A stretch of DNA of 64,000 nt from an uncultured virus (IMG/VR IMGVR_UViG_3300042486_000977) (lineage: Duplodnaviria; Heunggongvirae; Uroviricota; Caudoviricetes): IMG/VR virus record IMGVR_UViG_3300042486_000977. One strand, 5' to 3'. A program made the translations under genes and the position numbers. Below are positions 9,969-19,733 of the stretch, one piece after another. The notes beneath the pieces are model-generated. The model was not told the DNA's origin and searched no databases. It saw nothing but the letters and a program-made list of their open reading frames with translations. Position 1 is the stretch's first letter. The number at the start of each line of letters is the position of its first letter.

Positions 9969-10811
9969 ATGGAAAACATTTTTGAAGGGTTTACAGAAGA
10001 AGGTACCCCGGATTTAAAATATTACGCATTTGATTGGGATGACAACATTATGTATATGCCAACCAAAATAATCCTTAAAGACAATGAAGGTAAAGAAGTT
10101 GGTATGGGAACCCACGATTTCGCAAAGTATCGTACAATGATTGGAAAAGAAGAATTTGAATATAATGGACATACTATTGTAGATTTCTCTCAAGACCCTT
10201 TTAGAAACTTCAGGGAACAAGGTGATAAAGACTTTATTATTGGTAGTCTTATTGGTAAAAAAGGTCCGGCTTGGAGTGACTTTGTGGAAGCAATTAATGG
10301 AGGGTCAATATTTGCAATCATTACCGCTCGTGGACATAATCCTATGGCGATTAAAAATGCCATTAGACAACTAATTGAAGGTGAAATCGGTGGTATTTCT
10401 AAAAATGAACTTGTAAAAAATCTTCGTAAATACCGTGACCAAATTAAAGGACTTTCAACGGAAAAATTATCTGATAAACAATTAATTGATTTGTATATGA
10501 ATATGAATCAATATTCACCTGTTACTTATGGGGAAGGTAGTGCTGCCAATCCTGAAGATGGTAAGGTGGTGGCTATGAGAAAATTTATTTCTTACGTTAG
10601 ACAACAAGCTCAAATGTTACAACAGGATGTAGAAATGATTGATGACGTATCTAACAGATTTATACCTACAATTGGATTTTCAGATGACGATGAAAGAAAT
10701 TTACAAGCTATGTCAGATAAATTATCTGATGAAGAAGAAAAAAGTTTAAAAATGTATACTACTAAAACTGGTGAAAAAAAGAAATTTAATGATGCTAATA
10801 CCGGAGACTAG
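9969..10811 (+). CDS. HAD-superfamily phosphatase-like protein
   Basis: Motif I (FDWDDNI), motif II (IITARG), motif III Lys (GK) and motif IV (GFSDDD). Confidence 0.7.
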   Translation: MENIFEGFTEEGTPDLKYYAFDWDDNIMYMPTKIILKDNEGKEVGMGTHDFAKYRTMIGKEEFEYNGHTIVDFSQDPFRNFREQGDKDFIIGSLIGKKGPAWSDFVEAINGGSIFAIITARGHNPMAIKNAIRQLIEGEIGGISKNELVKNLRKYRDQIKGLSTEKLSDKQLIDLYMNMNQYSPVTYGEGSAANPEDGKVVAMRKFISYVRQQAQMLQQDVEMIDDVSNRFIPTIGFSDDDERNLQAMSDKLSDEEEKSLKMYTTKTGEKKKFNDANTGD

Positions 10812-10904
10812 TAGAAATATTCATAAAAAAAAACAAAAGTAAATAGATTTTTCTTTTGAGATATATTTATATAAGAATAAAACAGAAAAAAACAAAAAAA
10901 CATT

Positions 10905-11393
10905 ATGGCTGATTTGCTGATGAAAATGCCGATTCCTTACGAACCGAAAAGGCAGAATAGATTTATATTAAGATTTGATTCCTCTTTGGGAATTAATGAA
11001 TGGTTTGTTGAATCTACAAGTAGACCACACATCACAATCGGTGCTACGGAGATTCAGTTCTTAAACACTTCAACATTCGTTGCAGGTAGATTTAACTGGC
11101 AGACAATTAACGTTACTTTCCGTGACCCAATTGGACCGTCAGCAGCACAAGCTCTTATGGAGTGGGTTCGTCTACACGCTGAGTCTGTTACAGGACGTAT
11201 GGGTTACGCTGCGGGTTATAAGAAAAACATTGATTTGGAAATGTTAGACCCAACAGGAGTTGTTGTAGAAAAATGGTTGTTACAAGACACCTTCTTAACT
11301 GACGTTAACTTCAATGCTTTAAGTTACTCTACAGATGGTTTAGCGACTATCACGGCAACTTTAAGACCTGACAGATGTATTTTAGTGTACTAA
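10905..11393 (+). CDS. tail tube protein, T4 gp19-like
   Basis: EPKRQNRF, AGRFNWQTINVTF.DPI, EW, YKKNI.LEMLDP.G.VVEKW; 162 aa, after the sheath gene. Confidence 0.9.
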   Translation: MADLLMKMPIPYEPKRQNRFILRFDSSLGINEWFVESTSRPHITIGATEIQFLNTSTFVAGRFNWQTINVTFRDPIGPSAAQALMEWVRLHAESVTGRMGYAAGYKKNIDLEMLDPTGVVVEKWLLQDTFLTDVNFNALSYSTDGLATITATLRPDRCILVY

Positions 11394-11415
11394 TTTAAAA
11401 TTAATATTAATAAGG

Positions 11416-11438
11416 ACCCCACAAATGTGGGGTTTTTT
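11416..11438 (+). terminator. rho-independent terminator after tube gene
   Basis: ACCCCAC-AAAT-GTGGGGT followed by a T-tract. Confidence 0.85.
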
Positions 11439-11439
11439 G

Positions 11440-11468
11440 TTTACTAAAACTTTTTTCTTGATTATTAT
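11440..11468 (+). promoter_or_regulatory. sigma70-like promoter for the gp26-like gene
   Basis: TTTACT-N17-TATTAT, 21 nt upstream of ATG 11490. Confidence 0.45.
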
Positions 11469-11489
11469 AAGTAATAAAAACAAATTTAT

Positions 11490-12242
11490 ATGGATTCAAA
11501 AGAAGCGGGTCAGATAGGTTTTAACTTACCTCACGATATTGTGACTTTACCTAGTGGTGGTAAATTTTACAAAAACAAAAAGAAAAGTGTTAAAGTTGGA
11601 TTTTTAACAGCATCAGATGAAAATCACTTGATGAATATTAAAAAGGCTGACTCACAATCAATTATCAATGCGTTAGTTAGAAATAAACTATATGAACCTG
11701 ATTTGAAACCTGAAGCAATGTTGGATGGTGATATTGAGGCTATATTGATATTTTTAAGAAATACTTCATTTGGTTCTGAATATAATTTAACTGCAATTGA
11801 CCCTGTTACAGGGGAACCATTTATTGGTAAAGTTGATTTATCAGAAATGAATATCAAAGAATCTTCAGTTGACCCTGATGAGGAAGGTCTTTTCCTTGTT
11901 ACATTACCAAAAAGTAATATTACCGCCAAACTAAAATTATTGACATTTGGTGAAGATTTGGAAATTAATAGACAACTTGAAAATTACCCACAAGGATTAG
12001 TACCACCAAAGGCAACTCAAACATTATTACATCAAATTGTTGAGTTAAACGGTACGAGAGACAAAGGTGAAATCGCCAAGGCTATTGAAAAAATGCCTAT
12101 TATGGATTCAAAATACATCCGTAATTTCTTAATTGAAAATGAACCAAGATATGACTTAAAGAGAGAATTAATCGCCCCGTCCGGAAGAAAGGTAACGTTG
12201 AACGTGACCTTTGGGGTGGAGTTTTTTCGGCCTTTCTTCTGA
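11490..12242 (+). CDS. baseplate hub assembly / tail assembly chaperone, T4 gp26-like
   Basis: Two LPS/LPK.S repeats, LTA.DE..L, GD.EAILIFLR..SFGSEY and a C-terminal FF.P; lies between tube and tape measure. Confidence 0.75.
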   Translation: MDSKEAGQIGFNLPHDIVTLPSGGKFYKNKKKSVKVGFLTASDENHLMNIKKADSQSIINALVRNKLYEPDLKPEAMLDGDIEAILIFLRNTSFGSEYNLTAIDPVTGEPFIGKVDLSEMNIKESSVDPDEEGLFLVTLPKSNITAKLKLLTFGEDLEINRQLENYPQGLVPPKATQTLLHQIVELNGTRDKGEIAKAIEKMPIMDSKYIRNFLIENEPRYDLKRELIAPSGRKVTLNVTFGVEFFRPFF

Positions 12243-12387
12243 GTTTTACGTACATCAAATGGATGAGTTTTTTATCTTATCCTCAAAGATGAATATTTCT
12301 TATTATGACTTTCTAATCTTACCAATTTTCCAAAGACGATATTTGGTTAATAAAATAATAGAGATTCATACTCCTAAAACAGAGTAA
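12229..12387 (+). CDS. +1-frame extension of the tail chaperone (gp51/gpGT-like); alternatively a stand-alone 42-aa ORF from ATG 12259
   Basis: Hand translation: GLSSEFYVHQMDEFFILSSKMNISYYDFLILPIFQRRYLVNKIIEIHTPKTE*. The frame is open across the upstream stop and fills the gap to the tape measure gene. Confidence 0.7.
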   Translation, partial: GLSSEFYVHQMDEFFILSSKMNISYYDFLILPIFQRRYLVNKIIEIHTPKTE

Positions 12388-12414
12388 AAAACTAAACTCT
12401 AATTATTTATTGTT

Positions 12415-14454
12415 ATGGCAGGATTTTTAGAAAATTTAGGTGAAGGTCTTAACGATGTCTTACAAGGATTCACATCTGCGTTAGGAGGTTCATTATCAAA
12501 AGTATTAGATAGTACAACAATTGTTAATGCTTTAGATGATGTTGATGTAGGGATGACTAAAATCATCAACACTATGGGTGGTGGTAGAGAGTTGTCTTAT
12601 TTAATTAAAAACAATATCGCAGGAGCCTTTACTGATGTAAAATTATTAGGGGGTTCTTTAGACGATATTGTAAAAATCCAACAAGATTTAGTAAACAATA
12701 CAAATAAACAGGTCGTTTTACAAAAAGAGTATTATGATGATTTATTTGCAACAACTCAAGTTACGGGGGAATACGCCGGTACTTTAATTAACGCATTTGA
12801 TAACGCTGGTAAATCTGTTTACGATATTAAAGGCACTATGGAAGGTGTTGTTAATCAGTCTAGAGCACTGGGATTGGATGCTCAAGAGGTTTCAAGTCGC
12901 ATGGTTTCAAACCTTGATAAGATGAATATGTACGGGTTTGAAAGAGGAATTCAAGGTTTATCTAAAATGGCGGCAACATCAGCGATGTTTAAAATGGATA
13001 TGTCAAGTACATTTAATTTGGCTGATAAATTAATGGGTCCTGAACAGGCGGTTGAGTTCTCAGCAAGATTACAAGCGTTAGGTATTCAAAGTGAACTTGT
13101 TGACCCATTTAGAGCAATGGACTTAGCGACTAACAACGTTGAGGAATTACAAAACCAAATTGTTAAACTTGGTGAAGGAATGACTTTTGTCAATGAAAAG
13201 GGTGATGTCGAAATCTTTAAAGAAAAAAGAGGTGTTATTAAAGAACTTGCGGCGGCTGCGGGTATGGGGGCTGCAGAATTTGCTAAATTGGTGGTTCAAT
13301 CAGAAACCGCTAGATTAAAAATGGCGGAAATTAAAATGCCTGATTTAAATGTTACTGAAGAACAAAAAACTATGATTGCCAATTTGGCAACAATGAAAGA
13401 GGGACCTCAAGGTAAAGGTTACTATGTTCAATTTGAAGATAAACAAGGTAAGACTCAAGAAAAATTAGTATCGGAAATTAAAGAGGGAGATTTACAAGCA
13501 ATTGCTGACCAATATGCAAATCCAAAAGATATGATTGATTTAGCAAAAGACCAAATAGACTTTTTATCAAGTATGGCTCATAGTTTAGAGGCTATCGAAA
13601 AATCAGGAGGTATGTCAATTGCGGGGTCAAAATTAGGAGGAGCAGTTGTTGATTTATCATTAGCTGCTAATGATTTAATTCTTGAACCAATCGCAAAGGC
13701 TTTAGACACAAAAGGTATTTCTAAAAGTATTGACGATGCTGGTGATAATTTAAAAGACATTTATAGTAATATAACTAACGTTGCCACAGGATTTGATGGT
13801 ACTGTTACAAGTTTTACTGGATTGTTTTCAGGTACTTTAGCTAGTTTAGGTGATGCGGTTAATAGGGCAAGTATAAGGTTTGAAGATAACTTTAAAAAAG
13901 TTGAACAAATGAGTTTATTTAAAGACAATAGTATTGTTCAAACCGGAACTAGTGGAATTAATCCACCACCGTCAGTAAGGGACCCAAAAAAAATAGGTGA
14001 ACTTAACGACGGATTTGTTTTTGGTGATGGTAATAGTAAACAGGTAGTTCAAACACACCCTGATGATAATGGATTTTTTGCCCAAAGAGAAGGTATGTTA
14101 AAGATGATGGGTGGGGGAGATATTATTGAAAAGATGAAAGAGATGACAAGGGAAGCCAATAGTAGAAATAACATTGATACAAATATGATGGCTTCAATGA
14201 GTAGGACAATGTCTGAATCTATGTCAAAACCACAAGACGTAAACCATAAAATGGAGAAAATTGAAGGTCAAATTAATATTAGTCTTGATTTCTCTAATGT
14301 ACCAACAAATGTTGACCCTAATATGTTAGGAAATGTGATTAAAAATAGTCAATATATTCAAGAAGCAATTGTTAACAGTATTACTAAAAAAATAAATAAC
14401 AATGGTGTGACTAAAGCTCCTTCAGATTATAATCAATCATACTTAAACGCTTAA
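12415..14454 (+). CDS. tape measure protein
   Basis: Ala/Gly/Met-rich, predicted helical, no Cys or Trp; canonical position after tube and chaperone. Confidence 0.75.
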   Translation: MAGFLENLGEGLNDVLQGFTSALGGSLSKVLDSTTIVNALDDVDVGMTKIINTMGGGRELSYLIKNNIAGAFTDVKLLGGSLDDIVKIQQDLVNNTNKQVVLQKEYYDDLFATTQVTGEYAGTLINAFDNAGKSVYDIKGTMEGVVNQSRALGLDAQEVSSRMVSNLDKMNMYGFERGIQGLSKMAATSAMFKMDMSSTFNLADKLMGPEQAVEFSARLQALGIQSELVDPFRAMDLATNNVEELQNQIVKLGEGMTFVNEKGDVEIFKEKRGVIKELAAAAGMGAAEFAKLVVQSETARLKMAEIKMPDLNVTEEQKTMIANLATMKEGPQGKGYYVQFEDKQGKTQEKLVSEIKEGDLQAIADQYANPKDMIDLAKDQIDFLSSMAHSLEAIEKSGGMSIAGSKLGGAVVDLSLAANDLILEPIAKALDTKGISKSIDDAGDNLKDIYSNITNVATGFDGTVTSFTGLFSGTLASLGDAVNRASIRFEDNFKKVEQMSLFKDNSIVQTGTSGINPPPSVRDPKKIGELNDGFVFGDGNSKQVVQTHPDDNGFFAQREGMLKMMGGGDIIEKMKEMTREANSRNNIDTNMMASMSRTMSESMSKPQDVNHKMEKIEGQINISLDFSNVPTNVDPNMLGNVIKNSQYIQEAIVNSITKKINNNGVTKAPSDYNQSYLNA

Positions 14455-14492
14455 AAATTTAAGTTGTCTCTATTTATTAAAAAACGTAATAA

Positions 14493-17400
14493 ATGCCTGA
14501 AGTGCCATTATCCTATATCAGTACACAGTCTTTAAGAGACTCACTATTAGCAAAAAATCTACCACCATATAATGTGGAAGGTTCGTTTACATCAAACGTA
14601 AATAACCCAACATTTGAGATTGTACAGACGGTTAGTGGTGTTATTGATACTCCAAGTGTGACTACAAATATGTTTTCACCAATGTCAGAATCAAGGATAT
14701 TAGGTTCATTAAATCAATATGGACCAACAAGAATATTGGATGGGGCCGAATTTATTACGACACTACAAACAACAAATTCAACTACAACATTTGATGCGGA
14801 TGGTAACCCTGTGGGTTCTATTGGTAATTTTAATGAATATACTATTAATGATGAGAAGTTGCCAATTATCACATCTGATTTTTACAGATTGGCAGTTGGT
14901 GTTAATAAGTTTGGAACAACCGCAAACGGACTATTATATTTTGTTACAACAGTTATATTACCTGGTTTAGGACAACCATATTATACAAATATCATTGGTA
15001 ACTCATCAAGTTACACATTACTCTCATTATTAACTGAAGATAACCCCCAAGGTAGTAATGGTTCATTGTCGAATGATACAGTTTTAGTAAAAATTGGAGC
15101 TCAAAAACTTAAAGACTATTTTACTGAAAGAATTAGTAGGGAAATTGCTGATATTGCAAATCCTATTAATATGGACGCTCTTTCAAATCCATTTGAAATG
15201 ATTACAGGTGTTGAACCTTTAATTGATAGAGATTTTAGAATTACTGTTGGTAGTACAAGAATATTAAGTACTATTGAAAGAATTAGCGGGACATATTTTC
15301 CAAGTTCAATTATACCTGGACAATATTTAACTGACCCAAATAGTGAACAAAGTTTTTACGGACAAATTAAAAGTGCGTTTAATAGGACAGGGTTAGGTGG
15401 ATTAGCTCAAAGAATTTTTAGAACTAATCAAGATACTCCTTCAGAGTTGTTTTTAGTTAATACAGGTGGGGCTCAAAAATCTTTTTTATTTAAAAATTTA
15501 GATTTTAATTTATATAAACCATATTATAATAGACCAATTTTACAAAGATTGGCAAATGCTATTAATCCATTTGATAATCAATCAAGTGTGGGTTATTACT
15601 ATGTTGGTTCAAAAACAATTAATGTTAGTACTTTAACTTCACCTTCAGGTGAATTACCTGAAAATAGTCAAGGGGAAGAGTTATCCGCAATAGTCTATGG
15701 TCAAGACCTTGTATCTGAACAATTTGAAGGAAAACAAATCTCAAGTATTAAGTTTGGTTTAAAGGGTCAGGCGACTACAGACTCAAGTGCAAACGTTGAC
15801 GGGGGGTTTGTTTGGTCGTCAACTAAAACAATTAATAATGCGGGTAAGAGAGCTGGAATATCGGGGGGTACAAAAACTACAGACCCGGAATATCGTATTA
15901 TTGAAAATATTATTACAGGACATGCTTCAGAAGTATTATTGACATCCACAGATACCGATTTTGTTAGAGACAATAGTTTATTAGTTAAAACACAACAATT
16001 AATAGATGCTGCGGATAAAGTTGACGGACAAAGAAAATTAAAACACGCAGGTAACGCAATTAATCAAATTAGTAAAGTTTTCCACGATGGTTATAAGATA
16101 ATGACCAAAGGTTCACAAGTAATGGCGTTTACTGACGATAATTCAAATCCAGTTGGTTTTGAGTATTGTCGTGTGTTTACTAAAGATACTCCGTACTATA
16201 CTCATAAAGATTTGCAAAAAACTACTGCAAGAATTGATGGTGGTGAAACTGATGGTAACATTAGAAAATCAACATATTCAGTATTTGATTCAACATTCAA
16301 TTTAAACATTGCACCTTCAAGTGAGGCGAGTTCTACTAACATTTTTAATGTTGGAACAGAAAACGCTTCAGTTAAAAAATATATGTTCTCAATTGAGAAT
16401 TTAGCTTGGGCCGGTTCTACAAGAGCGGGTCTACAATATAAAGATTTACCCGCTTGTGAAAGAGGTCCAAATAAAGGTAGAGTTATGTGGTTCCCACCGT
16501 ATGGAATTAGTTTTTCTGATACCTCAACACCTAATTTCCATTCAAATTCTTTTCTTGGAAGACCTGAACCAATTTACACCTATAAAGATACTACAAGAAC
16601 AGGTACATTAAGTTTTAAAATGATTGTTGACCATCCGTCAGTTGTTAACTTATTAGTTGACAAAGTTTATAAAAATATGGATGATAAAACATTAAATAAA
16701 ATTTTAGATTCATTCTTTTCGGGTTGTAAGAACTATGACTTATATGATTTATCAACAATATATCAACAGTTCCCACCTGAATTTTTCTTTGAGGTTGAAA
16801 ACATTATTCAAAATCAAACAACTATCACTGAAATTATTAATACTATAAATGAAGAAATTGTAACTGTAACTCCTAACCCAACTCCAAACCCGCCTGTTAG
16901 TTTTAACCCATCAGATTATGCTAATAAGTATGGGTTTTACTATGACAATGATTTTCCTGACCCACAAACCCGTAAAAGAGTAACAACTACTGAATATGAG
17001 GGATTATATAATAATTACATAAATCAACAAAGTTTTTATGAATTATCTGCAAATGCTGACCAAGTGGAAGGAATCAATCAAATGTTTGGTGTAATTGAGT
17101 ATAATTGGACAAAAGTTCAAGAGTTAATGAAAAATTTATATGCTGATTTAAGTGAGGGTAGAATTGAACAATGTACAATTACATTAACTGGTACAACGTC
17201 ACCTACTGCGAGTGAAGGATATAATAAAGACTTGGCAAGTAGAAGAGTTAGTAATATTGAAAATACATTTAAAACTTATAAATTTGATGGTGAAAACACA
17301 TTCGCTAAATTAATTCAAGATGGTAAATTAAAATTTAAACCTGAAGCACTTGGTGAAACAAATAGTGTTTGGGTTTATGGTGATAACGGATTTAAAAAAA

Positions 17401-19406
17401 ATCTAAACTGTGGGGATAATGATAACCCAAATTTTTACACTGCAAATGGTGAGGGTGGACCACCACCAAATCAACGATTCTCAGCGAATGCTATGGGATG
17501 TAGACAAGTTGGTATTAGTACAATTGATATTACACCTGGTAAATCTGAACCGCAAGCTGATAATAATGAAGAAACAATCACTGTTACTAATGTTCCAAAA
17601 ACAACAAAAGATACTATTACTACAACTGAACCTGTTGTTGTTGGACAAAAACAAAAAAATAGAGAAAAAATTGCTAAAAGACTTTTAAGATATCTTTTAA
17701 GTGAGTGTAACTATTTTGATATGGTTAAGGGTGATGACCCAAACTTTTATGATAATATGAGACAAAAGTTGAAACATTTTCATCCGGCGTTTCACTCAAT
17801 GACCCCCGAAGGTTTGAATTCAAGATTAACATTTTTACAACAATGTGTTAGACCTGGTGATACAATTCAAACAAAAGATATAAATGGTGAGACAATTTCA
17901 AATGACGCTGTTAACACTTCTTTTGGTACACCACCTGTTCTTATTTTAAGAATTGGTGATTTTTATAATACTAAAATTATACCAAATTCATTAAGTATTA
18001 CTTATGACCCATTGGTTTTAGATTTAAACCCTGAAGGTATTGGAGTTCAACCTATGATTGCGAACGTAAGTATGGGATTTGCAATTATTGGAGGTATGGG
18101 ATTAAAAGAACCTGTAGATAAACTACAAAATGCATTATCATTTAATTTCTACGCAAATACTGAAATGTATGATGATAGGGCGGATGAGACTGAAAGTACA
18201 AAGACTTTAGATGAATCGATAATTGCTGCAATATTTGATGGTAGGCCTATTGCACCTATAACTAATAATGGTGTCCCTGAAACTAATGGGGGGTCAACAA
18301 TTGGTGACGTACAACAGATATTTAGAACGTCTTCAGGAACTACAGGTACAACTAGTTATACTAAAATAATGGATACTTTATTAGATAGTACTATTGGTTA
18401 TTTTGATACTGTATATCAAAGTACTCAAAAAATTACAGACAACTATGGTTATGGTATGACACAATTAACAACAAAATATCATAATTGTTATAATGGTCAA
18501 ATACGAAGATTTACTTCACCTACCACAAGTGAAATTGCTGGAAAATATGTTGATTATCAAAGGACATTAGAAGATTTAACAAATAATTTGATTGATAATA
18601 TTGATACCAATTGGATTGTGGTTGCATTAGATGACGCTGGATTTAGAAATTCAGACGTTAAAAAATTCAAAACAAATTTAATTAATGTTTTTAATGAATG
18701 TAAAGTTTATAATTTAAATGGGGTTAGTGAGATTATTAATAATTTAACAACTGCTCAAGAAAATTATGTCCAAGTACTAAGAAAATTAAACTATGTTGAT
18801 TTGGCTAGTGATGGAAAACTTAAAGTTGATAATAGTGTAATTGTTTATGATTTAAATGTTCCTGATAGTGTCTTTACAGATATTCAGTTAGATTATGACC
18901 AGGTCGGTTCAGACCTAAATGACTTTATTACTTTATTTAAAGATAATGGATTTTTAACTGACACTTACGATTACACAACTTTTAATATTTCTCCGGCATT
19001 TATTAATTACTCCATCCAATTTCAAAAAATGGGAACATTGATGTTTGGATTGTATACCACTTTAAAAAATGATTTTGTTAAAAAATTAACAATTAATTTA
19101 ACAACTGTTAATTCTCCACAAAATATGGTAAAAGTAATTGAAGATTTATTAACCAATGTTATGAATTCGTATAGTGATTTACAAAATTCTGCAACTGACA
19201 GTTTTTCAAATATTACAACAGAATTTAATAAACTTTATTCTAAAGAAAAATATACTCCATTTGTTAAAGGAATTGAAAGAATACTTTCATTTACTCAACT
19301 TACAACCCCAACATCACAACAACAAACAGAATTACAAAATATTTACAAAACTGTTAACTTAACAAATGAATTAATTACATTTAATGATAAACTAAAATTC
19401 ATATAA
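14493..19406 (+). CDS. large baseplate/tube-initiator-like structural protein with OmpA-like domain
   Basis: gp48/54-like segments (FLGRPEPIYTY..T.R.G.LSF; PPVLILRIGDFY...PMIANV) flank an OmpA_C-like motif (LTGTTSPTASEGYNKDLASRR). Confidence 0.6.
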   Translation: MPEVPLSYISTQSLRDSLLAKNLPPYNVEGSFTSNVNNPTFEIVQTVSGVIDTPSVTTNMFSPMSESRILGSLNQYGPTRILDGAEFITTLQTTNSTTTFDADGNPVGSIGNFNEYTINDEKLPIITSDFYRLAVGVNKFGTTANGLLYFVTTVILPGLGQPYYTNIIGNSSSYTLLSLLTEDNPQGSNGSLSNDTVLVKIGAQKLKDYFTERISREIADIANPINMDALSNPFEMITGVEPLIDRDFRITVGSTRILSTIERISGTYFPSSIIPGQYLTDPNSEQSFYGQIKSAFNRTGLGGLAQRIFRTNQDTPSELFLVNTGGAQKSFLFKNLDFNLYKPYYNRPILQRLANAINPFDNQSSVGYYYVGSKTINVSTLTSPSGELPENSQGEELSAIVYGQDLVSEQFEGKQISSIKFGLKGQATTDSSANVDGGFVWSSTKTINNAGKRAGISGGTKTTDPEYRIIENIITGHASEVLLTSTDTDFVRDNSLLVKTQQLIDAADKVDGQRKLKHAGNAINQISKVFHDGYKIMTKGSQVMAFTDDNSNPVGFEYCRVFTKDTPYYTHKDLQKTTARIDGGETDGNIRKSTYSVFDSTFNLNIAPSSEASSTNIFNVGTENASVKKYMFSIENLAWAGSTRAGLQYKDLPACERGPNKGRVMWFPPYGISFSDTSTPNFHSNSFLGRPEPIYTYKDTTRTGTLSFKMIVDHPSVVNLLVDKVYKNMDDKTLNKILDSFFSGCKNYDLYDLSTIYQQFPPEFFFEVENIIQNQTTITEIINTINEEIVTVTPNPTPNPPVSFNPSDYANKYGFYYDNDFPDPQTRKRVTTTEYEGLYNNYINQQSFYELSANADQVEGINQMFGVIEYNWTKVQELMKNLYADLSEGRIEQCTITLTGTTSPTASEGYNKDLASRRVSNIENTFKTYKFDGENTFAKLIQDGKLKFKPEALGETNSVWVYGDNGFKKNLNCGDNDNPNFYTANGEGGPPPNQRFSANAMGCRQVGISTIDITPGKSEPQADNNEETITVTNVPKTTKDTITTTEPVVVGQKQKNREKIAKRLLRYLLSECNYFDMVKGDDPNFYDNMRQKLKHFHPAFHSMTPEGLNSRLTFLQQCVRPGDTIQTKDINGETISNDAVNTSFGTPPVLILRIGDFYNTKIIPNSLSITYDPLVLDLNPEGIGVQPMIANVSMGFAIIGGMGLKEPVDKLQNALSFNFYANTEMYDDRADETESTKTLDESIIAAIFDGRPIAPITNNGVPETNGGSTIGDVQQIFRTSSGTTGTTSYTKIMDTLLDSTIGYFDTVYQSTQKITDNYGYGMTQLTTKYHNCYNGQIRRFTSPTTSEIAGKYVDYQRTLEDLTNNLIDNIDTNWIVVALDDAGFRNSDVKKFKTNLINVFNECKVYNLNGVSEIINNLTTAQENYVQVLRKLNYVDLASDGKLKVDNSVIVYDLNVPDSVFTDIQLDYDQVGSDLNDFITLFKDNGFLTDTYDYTTFNISPAFINYSIQFQKMGTLMFGLYTTLKNDFVKKLTINLTTVNSPQNMVKVIEDLLTNVMNSYSDLQNSATDSFSNITTEFNKLYSKEKYTPFVKGIERILSFTQLTTPTSQQQTELQNIYKTVNLTNELITFNDKLKFI

Positions 19407-19409
19407 ACT

Positions 19410-19733
19410 ATGCCATTTCAGTATTATAACCGTTATAATTCATTCCTTTTTAATGGGGAACAAACTGTTGTGCCATATGTTAGATTGACAAGTAAATCGA
19501 CAGATAGAAGGTATACTTATAAAATTGGTCGTTCTCGTTTAGATAAAATTTCACAACAATTTTATGACACACCATATTTTGGTTGGTTAATACTACAGTG
19601 TAATCCACAATTTGGAGGTATGGAAAATAACATACCTGATGGGTATCCTTTGAGAATACCATTTCCTTTAGAGAGTAGTCTGTTAGATTATAAAAATCAA
19701 TTAGATAATTATTTCTTCTATTATGGCCGTTAA
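19410..19733 (+). CDS. baseplate wedge protein, gp53/LysM-like
   Basis: RLDKISQQFY..PYFGWLILQCNP...LRIP motif. Confidence 0.75.
   Translation: MPFQYYNRYNSFLFNGEQTVVPYVRLTSKSTDRRYTYKIGRSRLDKISQQFYDTPYFGWLILQCNPQFGGMENNIPDGYPLRIPFPLESSLLDYKNQLDNYFFYYGR

Noticed and set aside
10812..10904. tRNA/ncRNA in intergenic gaps
   Set aside because: Gaps are short A/T tracts with no cloverleaf or stable structure apart from the listed hairpins.
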